In this document: positions 26,792 to 36,002 of the stretch, piece after piece
Layout: each line of letters starts with the position of its first letter
How positions within the stretch are numbered: the first letter of the stretch is position 1
Origin: Nitrososphaerota archaeon
GTDB taxonomy: Archaea > Thermoproteota > Nitrososphaeria_A > Caldarchaeales > Calditenuaceae
Direction: 5' to 3'
Assembly: GCA_038845265.1 (NCBI GenBank)
Contig: JAWBQR010000003.1
Span: 1 to 64,000, forward strand
DNA length: 64,000 nt
Made by a program: the position numbers and the translations under genes
Notes under the pieces: model-generated
What the model saw: only the letters and a program-made list of their open reading frames with translations
Databases searched by the model: none
What the model was told of the DNA's origin: nothing

Positions 26792-27118
26792 TTAGTCTGC
26801 AGCAAACGTACTTTCTGCATTAAATTCTACATCAGTGTTCGCTAATTTATCTCTGATTCGATGAGACAAGTGATCGTTGTAGAGATATCCAGGTATGCTG
26901 ATTAAGCAATCTTCACACCAATAATACTCATAGTCAACTAGTTTATCTTTTTTCGAGGAATATTTTTCATACATATCGCAGGACGCTTCATTGCCTGCTA
27001 CTGCATAATCAAACAACTTGCTTAATGGATTGCTGCATAATCCTAACCTTGGATATAAAAAATATGGAGCATAATAGCGACAACTTGAGCAATTCCTCAC
27101 TTCACTGCTGCTTGGCAT
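26792..27118 (-). CDS. Cys/His-rich putative metal-binding protein
   Basis: C-x2-C..GLC..C and WCEDC..H..H motifs. Confidence 0.65.
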   Translation of the reverse strand: MPSSSEVRNCSSCRYYAPYFLYPRLGLCSNPLSKLFDYAVAGNEASCDMYEKYSSKKDKLVDYEYYWCEDCLISIPGYLYNDHLSHRIRDKLANTDVEFNAESTFAAD

Positions 27119-27223
27119 AAAACTCCCATCCCTTATTGGAGATTAAATTAGGGACCTATATTTATCCATTAAATTTTATCATAATAAAATAATAAACACT
27201 ATAAATATACCGTTAAAAATATT

Positions 27224-27520
27224 TTAATAATTATGGTTTTTCTTAAAAAGAACTTTTCTCGGGTCTTTAATTAATAAAACAATCATCCAAATCATTAGTC
27301 CACCAATTAGTAGATATATGCCTATAACGACTGCCTCAATTGTGATCTCTATAAAAGGTTCACCGTAAAAATATGCAATCAAGCGATCCACAAATGACAT
27401 TAGCGTCCCTCCCCAAAGAATAAGGCTGAGATATCTAAACAAATATTCATCATTCGGCATTCTCGAGTACCAGAGCAATGTTGATATTATTGCCGAAAAA
27501 GTCAATATCAAAATCCACAT
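27224..27520 (-). CDS. Small 3-TM membrane protein
   Basis: Hydrophobic 98-aa ORF with L.LWGG.LM..VD motif. Confidence 0.72.
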   Translation of the reverse strand: MWILILTFSAIISTLLWYSRMPNDEYLFRYLSLILWGGTLMSFVDRLIAYFYGEPFIEITIEAVVIGIYLLIGGLMIWMIVLLIKDPRKVLFKKNHNY

Positions 27521-27571
27521 TTCAAAAAAATATATAAAAACCCAAATATTAACTTAAGTAGGCGAGGCTCT

Positions 27572-27943
27572 ATGGCTTGCTTTCTCGTCCCCATGACAAT
27601 AGGAATTATTTTAACAATTTTAGAGAAGATGACAGGCCATAGATTATTGGAAAGGCTAAGAGTTGACATATTAAATGCATTATTATTGGGTGGTTCTGCG
27701 ATACTGGGATTTGAACATCTTTGGCACGGTGAGGTAGTCCCATGGCCGCCCTTCTTAACAGCGATGACAAATCCAACTGAGATTCCAGTGATGCTTCATG
27801 AAATGATGACGGTGGGCTTAGCATTGACGGCCACCACGACTGCTCTGTGGTTGTCTATAATTATGCTTATTAATATAAAAACAAAGATTCACATTACTGG
27901 AATACTGAATAACAGAGATAAGAGAGTGTCTATAAGTCCGTAA
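27572..27943 (+). CDS. Small 3-TM membrane protein (MACFLVP / EH.WHGE type)
   Basis: MACFLVP start, GG..L..EHLWHGEVVPWPPFLTAM, HEM..VG. Confidence 0.75.
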   Translation: MACFLVPMTIGIILTILEKMTGHRLLERLRVDILNALLLGGSAILGFEHLWHGEVVPWPPFLTAMTNPTEIPVMLHEMMTVGLALTATTTALWLSIIMLINIKTKIHITGILNNRDKRVSISP

Positions 27944-27946
27944 ATT

Positions 27947-29365
27947 TTACTTGTTTACCCTATACTTTATTTTTGGTCCATTGGCCGTGTCTTCTATTAT
28001 GAATCCTAAGTCATATATCCTCTGCCTAATGTTGTCAGCTATTTCATATTTTCTTTCCTTTCTAAGCAATTCTCTTACTTCAAGTATTAGATCAAGTAAT
28101 TTCATATAGGTTTCGCCTACAATCCTCGGTCTTCTTCGTTGGAGAATGCCTAATATTCCCCCCATCTCATAGAAGGCCCTCAATAATTCATTTCTAAGAT
28201 TTTTATTCATGGTATTTTTAGACATTACTAGTTTCCTCGCATCGCTTGCTAGTTTGAACAGAACTGTTAGGGCCTTTGGGGTATTGAAGTCATCGTTCAT
28301 TGCGTCTAAAAATTCATTTTTAAAGTATCCTAATTTGTTAAACAATGCTGATTCATCAGAGCTTAGACTTTCTTTTTCATCCATAAATTCTAGTTCCTGT
28401 ATGATTGAGTAAAGCGACTCTATGGTTGATTTGCTTTGCTCCAAATGTTTCCAGTCAAAGTCTATAGGACTTCTATAATGAGCTGATGAGAAGAAGAGTC
28501 TCAAGACTTCAGCGTCGTACTCTCTAATGACCTCACGTATTGTGATAAAATTGCCAAGCGACTTGGACATCTTCTCACCAGAAACTGTCAAAAGTCCAGT
28601 ATGGCACCAATACTTTGCGAATGGTCTGATACCAGTCGCACATTCTGCCTGTGCTATTTCAGCTTCATGATGAGGAAAGGCAAGTTCTATAGCTCCACCG
28701 TGAATATCGCACTGATCTCTGAAATGAGCCAGTATTATCGCAGTGTCCTCAATATGCCATCCGGGCCTTCCATATCCCCATGGGGAAGACCACCCAAATT
28801 CTTCAATTGTTCTTTTCTTCCATAATGCAAAATCTTGTGGATGCTTCTTTGTGGGGTCAGGCTCTATTCTGTGCATCGCTAATTCTTCCGGCTTCTGTCT
28901 AGATAATCGTCCATAATCAGGATAGAGAGTGGTGTCGAAGTACACGCCTGTCTCGGTCTCGTAAGCGTAGCCTCGTTCAATTAGCTTCTTTATTAGGTCT
29001 ATTATTTCATAAATATATTCAGAGGCTCTGGCGAAGAGATTTATGCTCCTAATGTTTAGTGACTCTAGGTCTTCTAGAAAGTACTTTTCATATTCTCTTG
29101 CTAAGTCGATTGGTTCCATGTTCTTTTCTCGTGCCCTATCAATAATCTTATCGTCAACATCTGTTATATTCATCAAAAAGAAGAGAGAGTATCCTTTAAA
29201 TCTCAGATACCTTGCCATGATATCATAAGCAATATAAGTTCTCGCGTGTCCTAGGTGTGAATAGTCATAGGTAGTGGGTCCACAGACATACATGTATACT
29301 CTATTACCCCTAATAGGCTCAAAGACCTCCAAACTCCTAGTAAGCGTGTTATATATTCTAAGCAA
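27947..29365 (-). CDS. cysS: Cysteine--tRNA ligase
   Basis: YVCGPT, HLGH, GRPGWHIE, FPHHEAE, KMSKS. Confidence 0.96.
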   Translation of the reverse strand: MLRIYNTLTRSLEVFEPIRGNRVYMYVCGPTTYDYSHLGHARTYIAYDIMARYLRFKGYSLFFLMNITDVDDKIIDRAREKNMEPIDLAREYEKYFLEDLESLNIRSINLFARASEYIYEIIDLIKKLIERGYAYETETGVYFDTTLYPDYGRLSRQKPEELAMHRIEPDPTKKHPQDFALWKKRTIEEFGWSSPWGYGRPGWHIEDTAIILAHFRDQCDIHGGAIELAFPHHEAEIAQAECATGIRPFAKYWCHTGLLTVSGEKMSKSLGNFITIREVIREYDAEVLRLFFSSAHYRSPIDFDWKHLEQSKSTIESLYSIIQELEFMDEKESLSSDESALFNKLGYFKNEFLDAMNDDFNTPKALTVLFKLASDARKLVMSKNTMNKNLRNELLRAFYEMGGILGILQRRRPRIVGETYMKLLDLILEVRELLRKERKYEIADNIRQRIYDLGFIIEDTANGPKIKYRVNK

Positions 29366-29501
29366 CTTTTCCCGTAATTAATCATTCGTCCTAAAATTTT
29401 TGCTTTTCCTACGCATGACTAAACCCAAAAATAATGATATTGATCGTAACTACTTAAGCAAGAAGTTTATTTTTTAGTAGAATCTAAAAATAATTAAAGA
29501 A

Positions 29502-30194
29502 ATGAAGGCAGTTATTCTTGCTGGTGGGTATGGTAAGAGGCTGAGACCCCTTACGGACTCGCTGCCTAAAGCATTGCTCCAAGTAGCTGGGAAGTCGATT
29601 GTTGAATGGCAAATTGATTGGCTTAGGCGATACGGTGTTAATGAGATAATTATGTGTGTGGGTTATCTTAAAGAAAAGATTATCGAAAGTATCAGTAGCG
29701 GTCAAAAATTAAATGTAAAGGTCGGATATACCGTCGAGGATGAACCTCTAGGAACAGCCGGTGCATTAAAAAATGCTGAACACTTATTAAGATCTGAGAA
29801 ATCTTTCATTGTAATTAATGGAGATGTGCTCACTGATATTAATCCATTAATTTTGACTGAGAGTCTCAGAGACTATATCGGGGCTGTGGCAGTAGTTCCG
29901 CTCCCATCGCCGTATGGCATAGTAAAATACGATTCTGAAAAGTACAGAATTCTAGAATTTAAAGAAAAGCCAATCATTGAAGAGTATTGGATAAATGCCG
30001 GAGTATATGCTTTTACTTCCGAGGTCTTTAATTATCTACCCCTTAAAGGCGAGCTTGAGTTTACCACTTTTCCCGAATTAGCAAGTAAGGGTCTTTTATG
30101 TGCAATTCCTTTTAAAGGCAAATATTGGAAAAGTATTGATAGCCAAAAAGATTTAGAGGAGGTCGATGCATATTTTAGATCGAATGGTAAGTGA
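29502..30194 (+). CDS. Sugar-phosphate nucleotidyltransferase
   Basis: ILAGGYGKRLRPLT..PK, EPLGTAG, NGD, EKP, INAGVY. Confidence 0.9.
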   Translation: MKAVILAGGYGKRLRPLTDSLPKALLQVAGKSIVEWQIDWLRRYGVNEIIMCVGYLKEKIIESISSGQKLNVKVGYTVEDEPLGTAGALKNAEHLLRSEKSFIVINGDVLTDINPLILTESLRDYIGAVAVVPLPSPYGIVKYDSEKYRILEFKEKPIIEEYWINAGVYAFTSEVFNYLPLKGELEFTTFPELASKGLLCAIPFKGKYWKSIDSQKDLEEVDAYFRSNGK

Positions 30195-30517
30195 AATATA
30201 TGCACAGTGCGGGTCAATTCAGCTTGTTGAGATTTGAGCTCCCAAGCTTTGAGGAGCTAGCACTCCTAGCTTCTTTACTACCTGTACCAATAATGAACTA
30301 TTCAGAGAATGAAAAAGTTGCGTTTGTAATCTTAGTTGGTCCAGGCAGATCTGCTATAATTTATTATGCAAGGGTCGAGAAGAGACCAGAGGGCAGATTT
30401 GTTCACGTAGATAAAATTACTGGTAAAGTATTATATGGAGACAAAGTTTCATTGGAGCCAAATCATACTAGTATTCCAATATTCACTATCAAGAAGCACG
30501 ATTTAGGAACTTTTTAG
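30191..30517 (+). CDS. Hypothetical archaeal protein
   Basis: Overlaps the upstream gene by 4 nt on the same strand; no recognised motif. Confidence 0.6.
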   Translation: MKYMHSAGQFSLLRFELPSFEELALLASLLPVPIMNYSENEKVAFVILVGPGRSAIIYYARVEKRPEGRFVHVDKITGKVLYGDKVSLEPNHTSIPIFTIKKHDLGTF

Positions 30518-31032
30518 AGTCTTATTGCCATAATGTAAGCATCTTCACCGTCGATATAATATCCATGGGCTACTTCAACGATTTTGAAGCCGATGCTTTC
30601 ATAAAGGCCGATAGCTATCTTATTGGTCACACGAACTTCAAGGAAAGCCTCTTCACATCTGTAGATATTTTTTAAGGCATCAAGACATCTCAATAAGAGA
30701 GCTCTCCCAAGACCTCTTCTCCTATGAGGTGGAAGAACAGCAATTGATACAATGTGTCCCGCCCTTTTTATTCTAAGTCTTTCGAATCTTGAAAAAATAT
30801 GCTCAACCCTAGACATTATATATCCGGCAATTTCTCCATTAAATTCTGCTACAAGAAATGCCTTAGGATATGACTTTAAGATTGAATAGAAAAACGCATA
30901 ACTATAATTTTCAGGAAGGCTTACCCTATTTATGTTCATCACAGATAGAATATCGTTTTCGTCAGCTTCTCTAATTATGTAATTTTGACCAATACTATCC
31001 TCACCTTGAAGGACCAATCTCTTATATCCCAT
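30514..31032 (-). CDS. rimI: N-terminal acetyltransferase (RimI/Ard1 GNAT)
   Basis: LPENY, GHIVSIAV, RRRGLG, LEVRVTN, YYIDGEDAY. Start is uncertain; the ORF track extends to 31116. Confidence 0.9.
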   Translation of the reverse strand: MGYKRLVLQGEDSIGQNYIIREADENDILSVMNINRVSLPENYSYAFFYSILKSYPKAFLVAEFNGEIAGYIMSRVEHIFSRFERLRIKRAGHIVSIAVLPPHRRRGLGRALLLRCLDALKNIYRCEEAFLEVRVTNKIAIGLYESIGFKIVEVAHGYYIDGEDAYIMAIRL

Positions 31033-31115
31033 GAGTTTTATGCTGGTTAAAAACTTAATGTTATGAAGAGAAAGGATTTTTAGGTTGAAGATATGTTTTT
31101 TATTAGAAGTAAGCA

Positions 31116-32234
31116 TTGATTATAGGGCCTGAAACCTACTACGATAAATTGGAGGAAATTAAGACTAGAGTGTCGGCTAAGTTTAGTGTAAGGGAAGTAA
31201 GCTTTCAAGAAGGCATACTAACCTTCGAGATATCTGATCATGAGATTAAAAAATCATTCAAAGAGTTATATAAAGACCTTGTCTCAATAGGCTATGTCCC
31301 TACAGCACAGAAAAGCGAGCTAGGCGTAAAGTTAAGGGTTTTACCTAAGCCACAGATAAAAAGTCGGAGGTCAAATCTACCTCTAATTTTGTTAATAGTA
31401 ACTTTGTGTACCATTTTTATCGATGGTTATATCAGGACGGCGGGTGTTCCAACTGGCCTGAGCGCGGCATCCACATCTATTGATAAAATCATTAGGGATG
31501 TATCGCTCTACACATTTGCAATCATCGGCATCATCGGTATACATGAGATGGGGCATAAAATATCTGCAAAAATAGACGGGATAGAATCTAGCATGCCATA
31601 CTTTATACCCGGCGTGCCCGGATTAATGCCTACTTTCGGCGCAGTGATTTTCCAAAAAGGACCGATTGTCAATAAGGATGATTTGTTCGACATAGGGATA
31701 AGCGGTCCTCTGACAGGCTTCATAGCAAGCATAATAGTATTATTTATTGCCTTTAACGAAGCAACATGGATGAGCATAGAGGAAGCCCGAAAGTTGATCA
31801 GCAGCGGAGAAATAGGAGTCCTTCCTTCCCCATTGATATTTGAAATAGCTAATAGATTCCTAGGCAAACCTGGCCTAGTTCCAATATTTCCAATTATAGG
31901 ATTCGCAGCCTGGCTGGGAATGGTAGTTACCAGTCTTAATCTTCTTCCAATTTGGCAGCTCGATGGGGGTCGAATATTTAGAAGCTTAGCCGGACCAAAA
32001 ACTCATGGAATACTGTCTTACGCTACAATAGGCGCACTAATTCTAACCGGCTACATACCATTGGCACTTCTGTTATTATTATTTATGAGAAATCCGGTAG
32101 ATTTCGCTCCATTGGACAATGTATCGCCTCTTTCATTTTGGAGGAAACTATCGTTGGTTGGTATAGTGACAATGATAATTGTCACGTTTGTTGTGCTTCC
32201 AGGCTCGCTTCTTTCCCCACAGTTAAGCGGGTAA
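31116..32234 (+). CDS. Site-2 intramembrane metalloprotease (M50)
   Basis: HEMGH, ISGP, NLLPIWQLDGG. Confidence 0.9.
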   Translation: MIIGPETYYDKLEEIKTRVSAKFSVREVSFQEGILTFEISDHEIKKSFKELYKDLVSIGYVPTAQKSELGVKLRVLPKPQIKSRRSNLPLILLIVTLCTIFIDGYIRTAGVPTGLSAASTSIDKIIRDVSLYTFAIIGIIGIHEMGHKISAKIDGIESSMPYFIPGVPGLMPTFGAVIFQKGPIVNKDDLFDIGISGPLTGFIASIIVLFIAFNEATWMSIEEARKLISSGEIGVLPSPLIFEIANRFLGKPGLVPIFPIIGFAAWLGMVVTSLNLLPIWQLDGGRIFRSLAGPKTHGILSYATIGALILTGYIPLALLLLLFMRNPVDFAPLDNVSPLSFWRKLSLVGIVTMIIVTFVVLPGSLLSPQLSG

Positions 32235-33261
32235 AATGTCCATAGGGAACAATACATACTGATAATGATCTACTGTGAAGACGTATGGCCTGCTGTACGG
32301 CCTCCTGAAGCGTATCAAATACCTTAATATCTAGAAATGGCTGGATAATAGACCTAGGAATAGGGGAGACCAGATAAATCCTAGCATATTTCCTTACTCT
32401 TTCCAAAAAGTCTAAAAAGGCATATTCAAACGATAGATTAGTGTTTTTCAAGTCACTCTCAGAAACATTTTTCTTCCTAAGTCCAAGCAACCTAGTAAAT
32501 TCTTTTGAGCCAATTCCTTCTATACATTCAGCAGTTAATATTATTGTACCGCCCTTTTTTACTGCCGAATAAGTTCCGAATAAGGATTGAAGGCTATGAT
32601 AAAGGTTATCATCATACGGACTTCCGCCAGGCGATATTATTAAGCAGTCAAACTGATCTTTTAATTCAACATTATAGACAGAATGACAACCAGCTTTATC
32701 GTAATAGAGATCAATGAGCTCCCTGCCTGGACTTTGAGCGATCCCAATGTACTGCAAATTAGGAGAAGTCTTGTCTACTACTATTTCTAATCCTAGAAAG
32801 ACTTTAAGTAAAATATTGTCAAGTCCTGGCTTTATAAGTTCTGTGAGAGGAGTCATTGGATAAACATAAATAAGTTTTTTCGCTTCTTCTGTGCATTTCT
32901 GAAGAACTGAAAGATTCTTCATCTGAAAAGATGGAAGTATTGTAGCATTAGACAATTTGTTCTTTAGCTCCTGAATTATCTTTAACTCCTTTCTTTCATC
33001 ACCTAGCCTCCAGCTGGTCAAGAAAATTGTAGAGTCTTCAGTATCGAAATTTTTCAATACTGTTACATATGGTTCGAGAGGATACATAAAATCAACTAAA
33101 ATTATTGCTTCTTCAATGAAAGTTCTTACTTTACTCAATTTATCTTGAAGATCTTCAGCCGCCTGGAGGCGAGGTATTGCCTCATAAATTAGCGCCTCCT
33201 CAGGAGCATCAAATGAATACTCTGCGTCACCTCGTCGAATCCAATACTCCATACCAACCAC
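32182..33261 (-). CDS. Lactate racemase (LarA) C-terminal-domain-like protein, degenerate
   Basis: SPGGSPYDDNLY..AVKKGGTIILTAECIEGIG and IVPYG resemble the LarA C-domain. Confidence 0.65.
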   Translation of the reverse strand: MVGMEYWIRRGDAEYSFDAPEEALIYEAIPRLQAAEDLQDKLSKVRTFIEEAIILVDFMYPLEPYVTVLKNFDTEDSTIFLTSWRLGDERKELKIIQELKNKLSNATILPSFQMKNLSVLQKCTEEAKKLIYVYPMTPLTELIKPGLDNILLKVFLGLEIVVDKTSPNLQYIGIAQSPGRELIDLYYDKAGCHSVYNVELKDQFDCLIISPGGSPYDDNLYHSLQSLFGTYSAVKKGGTIILTAECIEGIGSKEFTRLLGLRKKNVSESDLKNTNLSFEYAFLDFLERVRKYARIYLVSPIPRSIIQPFLDIKVFDTLQEAVQQAIRLHSRSLSVCIVPYGHFTRLTVGKEASLEAQQT

Positions 33262-33285
33262 TAAAAGTGTATCATGGTTAAATTT

Positions 33286-34710
33286 TTAGTCAGATATTAT
33301 TCTCCCCCATGTAGAGTGAAATATTCCTTCCTTATCTATTCTCTTAAACATATGGGCTCCGAAGTAGTCTCTTAATGCCTGTATCAAGTTAGCTGGCAGT
33401 CTCCTACTTGTTACTGAATATAAGTAATTGATGATACTTGAAGTAACAGGAACCGGGACTTTATAATTAAAAGCAAGCTGGAGATACTTAATCATGCTTG
33501 GAAGCCGAGAATTAATATCATCAGAATAATAATTTAATATTTTACTAATAGGATTTACAAATGACTCCTTGTCCTTTAATATCGTGTAGATTTCTTGTAT
33601 TATCCGTGATCTTATGATGCATCCTGCCCTCCAGACCTTGGCAGCATCAGCTACGTTAAGGCCGTACTTCAGTGCTGTGGATCCTTCATGAAGGATATCG
33701 AGTCCTTGAATATATGATGCAATAAAACAGAGTTTAAGAGTATCTCTTACTATTTCTATATCCATTTGTGCCTCGCTCATTGCGGCATAGGGTGAATCCT
33801 TTAAGATTCCTAATGATGAGTAAAGCCTTCTTCGCGTAGATATGAGTCTAGAGGTTACTGCTTCCTCAATTGAAGGTGCTGGGACGCCTAGCTCGATGGC
33901 TGCTTGGCTAGTCCAGAGTCCTGTGCCTTTTTGCTCTGCCTCATCGAGAATCAAATCGACGAGGGGACTTCCTGTTTCCTCATCCCTAAACTTTAATACA
34001 TTCGCCGCTGCCTCTATAAGAAATGACGACAATTCCCCTTTATTAAATTCGGCAAACAGGTCACCTATTATTTCTGACCTTAGTCCATAGACTGTTGATA
34101 AAAAATGATATGCCTCGGCTATTGCCTGCATGATAGAATATTCTATCCCGTTATGCACTGTTTTTACAAAGTGTCCAGCTCCCCCCGTACCAAAATATGC
34201 AACACAGGGAGTTCCATCAAACTTTGCAGAAATTTTTTCAAGAATCTCACCCACAAGTAAATATCCATCGATACTTCCTCCAACCATTATTGAGGGCCCC
34301 TTTAGTGCTCCCTCCTCTCCTCCACTTACTCCTACCCCCAAGAAATGAATTCCCCGCATTGTTAAGTCAATATATCTTCTATCACTATCTTTGAAATGGG
34401 AATTTCCACAATCTATAATTACGTCTCCTTTATCCAACAATGATTTAAGTAGGCTTATCACCTCATCGACTGGCGCTCCTGCCTTGACAAAAATTATTAC
34501 TTTTCTAGGCTTATTGATGCTTCGAATGAATTCTGATAAGTCATAATAACCCTCTATCCCTCTAGCGGCTCCTCTCTCGCTTATGAATTTTCTAGTCTTC
34601 TCAGGTGTCCTATTGAAAACCGAGACCTTGTAGCCATTTCTAGCAAGATTAAGCGCGATAGATTCACCCATCACACCAAGCCCATATACACCAATATCGC
34701 TTCTAGGCAT
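33286..34710 (-). CDS. gnd: NADP-dependent 6-phosphogluconate dehydrogenase (decarboxylating), long form
   Basis: GLGVMG, NRT, VSGGEEGA, GHFVK.VHNGIEY, QKGTG.W, PANLIQA.RDYFGAH. Confidence 0.94.
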   Translation of the reverse strand: MPRSDIGVYGLGVMGESIALNLARNGYKVSVFNRTPEKTRKFISERGAARGIEGYYDLSEFIRSINKPRKVIIFVKAGAPVDEVISLLKSLLDKGDVIIDCGNSHFKDSDRRYIDLTMRGIHFLGVGVSGGEEGALKGPSIMVGGSIDGYLLVGEILEKISAKFDGTPCVAYFGTGGAGHFVKTVHNGIEYSIMQAIAEAYHFLSTVYGLRSEIIGDLFAEFNKGELSSFLIEAAANVLKFRDEETGSPLVDLILDEAEQKGTGLWTSQAAIELGVPAPSIEEAVTSRLISTRRRLYSSLGILKDSPYAAMSEAQMDIEIVRDTLKLCFIASYIQGLDILHEGSTALKYGLNVADAAKVWRAGCIIRSRIIQEIYTILKDKESFVNPISKILNYYSDDINSRLPSMIKYLQLAFNYKVPVPVTSSIINYLYSVTSRRLPANLIQALRDYFGAHMFKRIDKEGIFHSTWGRIISD

Positions 34711-34795
34711 CTTTTCCTCTTCCCCTACGAGTCTTAGCAATCGTTATCCTATAAATCTACCTTTAATTTTGAAGAGAGGTAAGGAGGACATAATC

Positions 34796-35197
34796 ATGGC
34801 TCGATACATCAGAGCGCCAGACTTGGAGGAGTTGGTGAGGAAGATAGCTGAGAATTTATCGATGCATCATATTGATCCATCTAGAGTGAAATGTGTGAGG
34901 AGCTACCAGTCAAAATCGCTGAGAGTTTGTGCCAGGATCCATACAGCATCTAGGGCGTTCTTTACGGGTATAGGTTTTCCACCAATATATGTTATTGAGT
35001 TTGTAAGCAGCAACTTCGATAAGCTTAGTGAAGAAGAAAAAATAAAAGTAATAATTCACGAGCTTTTACACATTCCCAAGTCTTTTGGTGGAGGAATAAT
35101 AAGCCACAGTAAAATAAATTTTGATGAAGAATGTGAACGTTTATATAAATTTTTGATCAATAAAGTTGATACATCTCTTAATCCGCGAAACCAATGA
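34796..35197 (+). CDS. Putative zinc metallopeptidase
   Basis: YVIE...F.KLS.EE..KVIIHELLHIP (HExxH). Confidence 0.8.
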   Translation: MARYIRAPDLEELVRKIAENLSMHHIDPSRVKCVRSYQSKSLRVCARIHTASRAFFTGIGFPPIYVIEFVSSNFDKLSEEEKIKVIIHELLHIPKSFGGGIISHSKINFDEECERLYKFLINKVDTSLNPRNQ

Positions 35198-35843
35198 CAG
35201 TGCATGGAGAGCTATCAATATCCCTGATCAGGAGCGGAGCTATTATGACCATTGAATAAAAACGAGGCTTTGATTCTAAGTTCATATCCTCCACGATTAG
35301 GAATTTAGGGTTTTTTAGGAGAATTTTATGGGCTTCTCTCCCTTCTTCCCTATGTTCTGGCGAGCTTATACTTATTGAGTCTATGCCCAATGCTCTGAGA
35401 TTAGGATAAAAATCCGAGAGATATCTCGCTGCTGAGCTTGATAAACATGGACCTTTATTGATGTATATGTCCGGATCATTAGTTCTAAAAGTCTGGACTC
35501 CTGTCCTTATCATTATCATGGATGCTTCTGATATCTCATTCTGATACTTCTCTAGATCACTTCTGAGTATAAGTTCGCTCGGCCTCTTAGGTACATCTAT
35601 TATAACCGCTTTGCTGAGCACAAAATCTTCAACACCGTGTTCGGATATGCTTTTTCCATCTTGATAAAAATGTCTCTGCGAATCTACGTGTGTACCAACG
35701 TGATTTCCCATCGAGATATACCAACTATTGCTTGAATCTCCCTTTGAAATGCTCTTAATTGGCATTATGCTTATAGGTCTCATGCCTGGATATACAGGAC
35801 TGCTGATTTCTAAGGTGTGAGAGAGAATCACGGGTTTAGTCAT
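35178..35843 (-). CDS. Cyclase / kynurenine formamidase-family metal hydrolase
   Basis: H.GTHVD...HF, RTG, GIDS.S, H..LL, IVE.M, SPC. Confidence 0.88.
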   Translation of the reverse strand: MTKPVILSHTLEISSPVYPGMRPISIMPIKSISKGDSSNSWYISMGNHVGTHVDSQRHFYQDGKSISEHGVEDFVLSKAVIIDVPKRPSELILRSDLEKYQNEISEASMIMIRTGVQTFRTNDPDIYINKGPCLSSSAARYLSDFYPNLRALGIDSISISSPEHREEGREAHKILLKNPKFLIVEDMNLESKPRFYSMVIIAPLLIRDIDSSPCTVIGFAD

Positions 35844-36002
35844 ATAGATAAGCGTTTTTTGCCCATTATTATGGATGTTCAATCATGGCCTACTAATCTA
35901 TATTTGGCCATTGCCTAAATAATCAGGCTATAAATAATGCAGAGCTGGCCAATTAAATATTGTAGGTCTTCATAAATATCGTAACGAATAGTATATCTAT
36001 GA

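Noticed and set aside
29467-29493. TTATTTTTTAG-N6-CTAAAAATAA palindrome as a dif-like site
   Set aside because: Low-complexity AT-rich arms without the inner TAA/TTA dif pattern; likely chance or a local promoter element.
34796-35197. Phage-type metallopeptidase as a provirus marker
   Set aside because: No viral, integrase or att features nearby; the family also occurs in cellular archaea.
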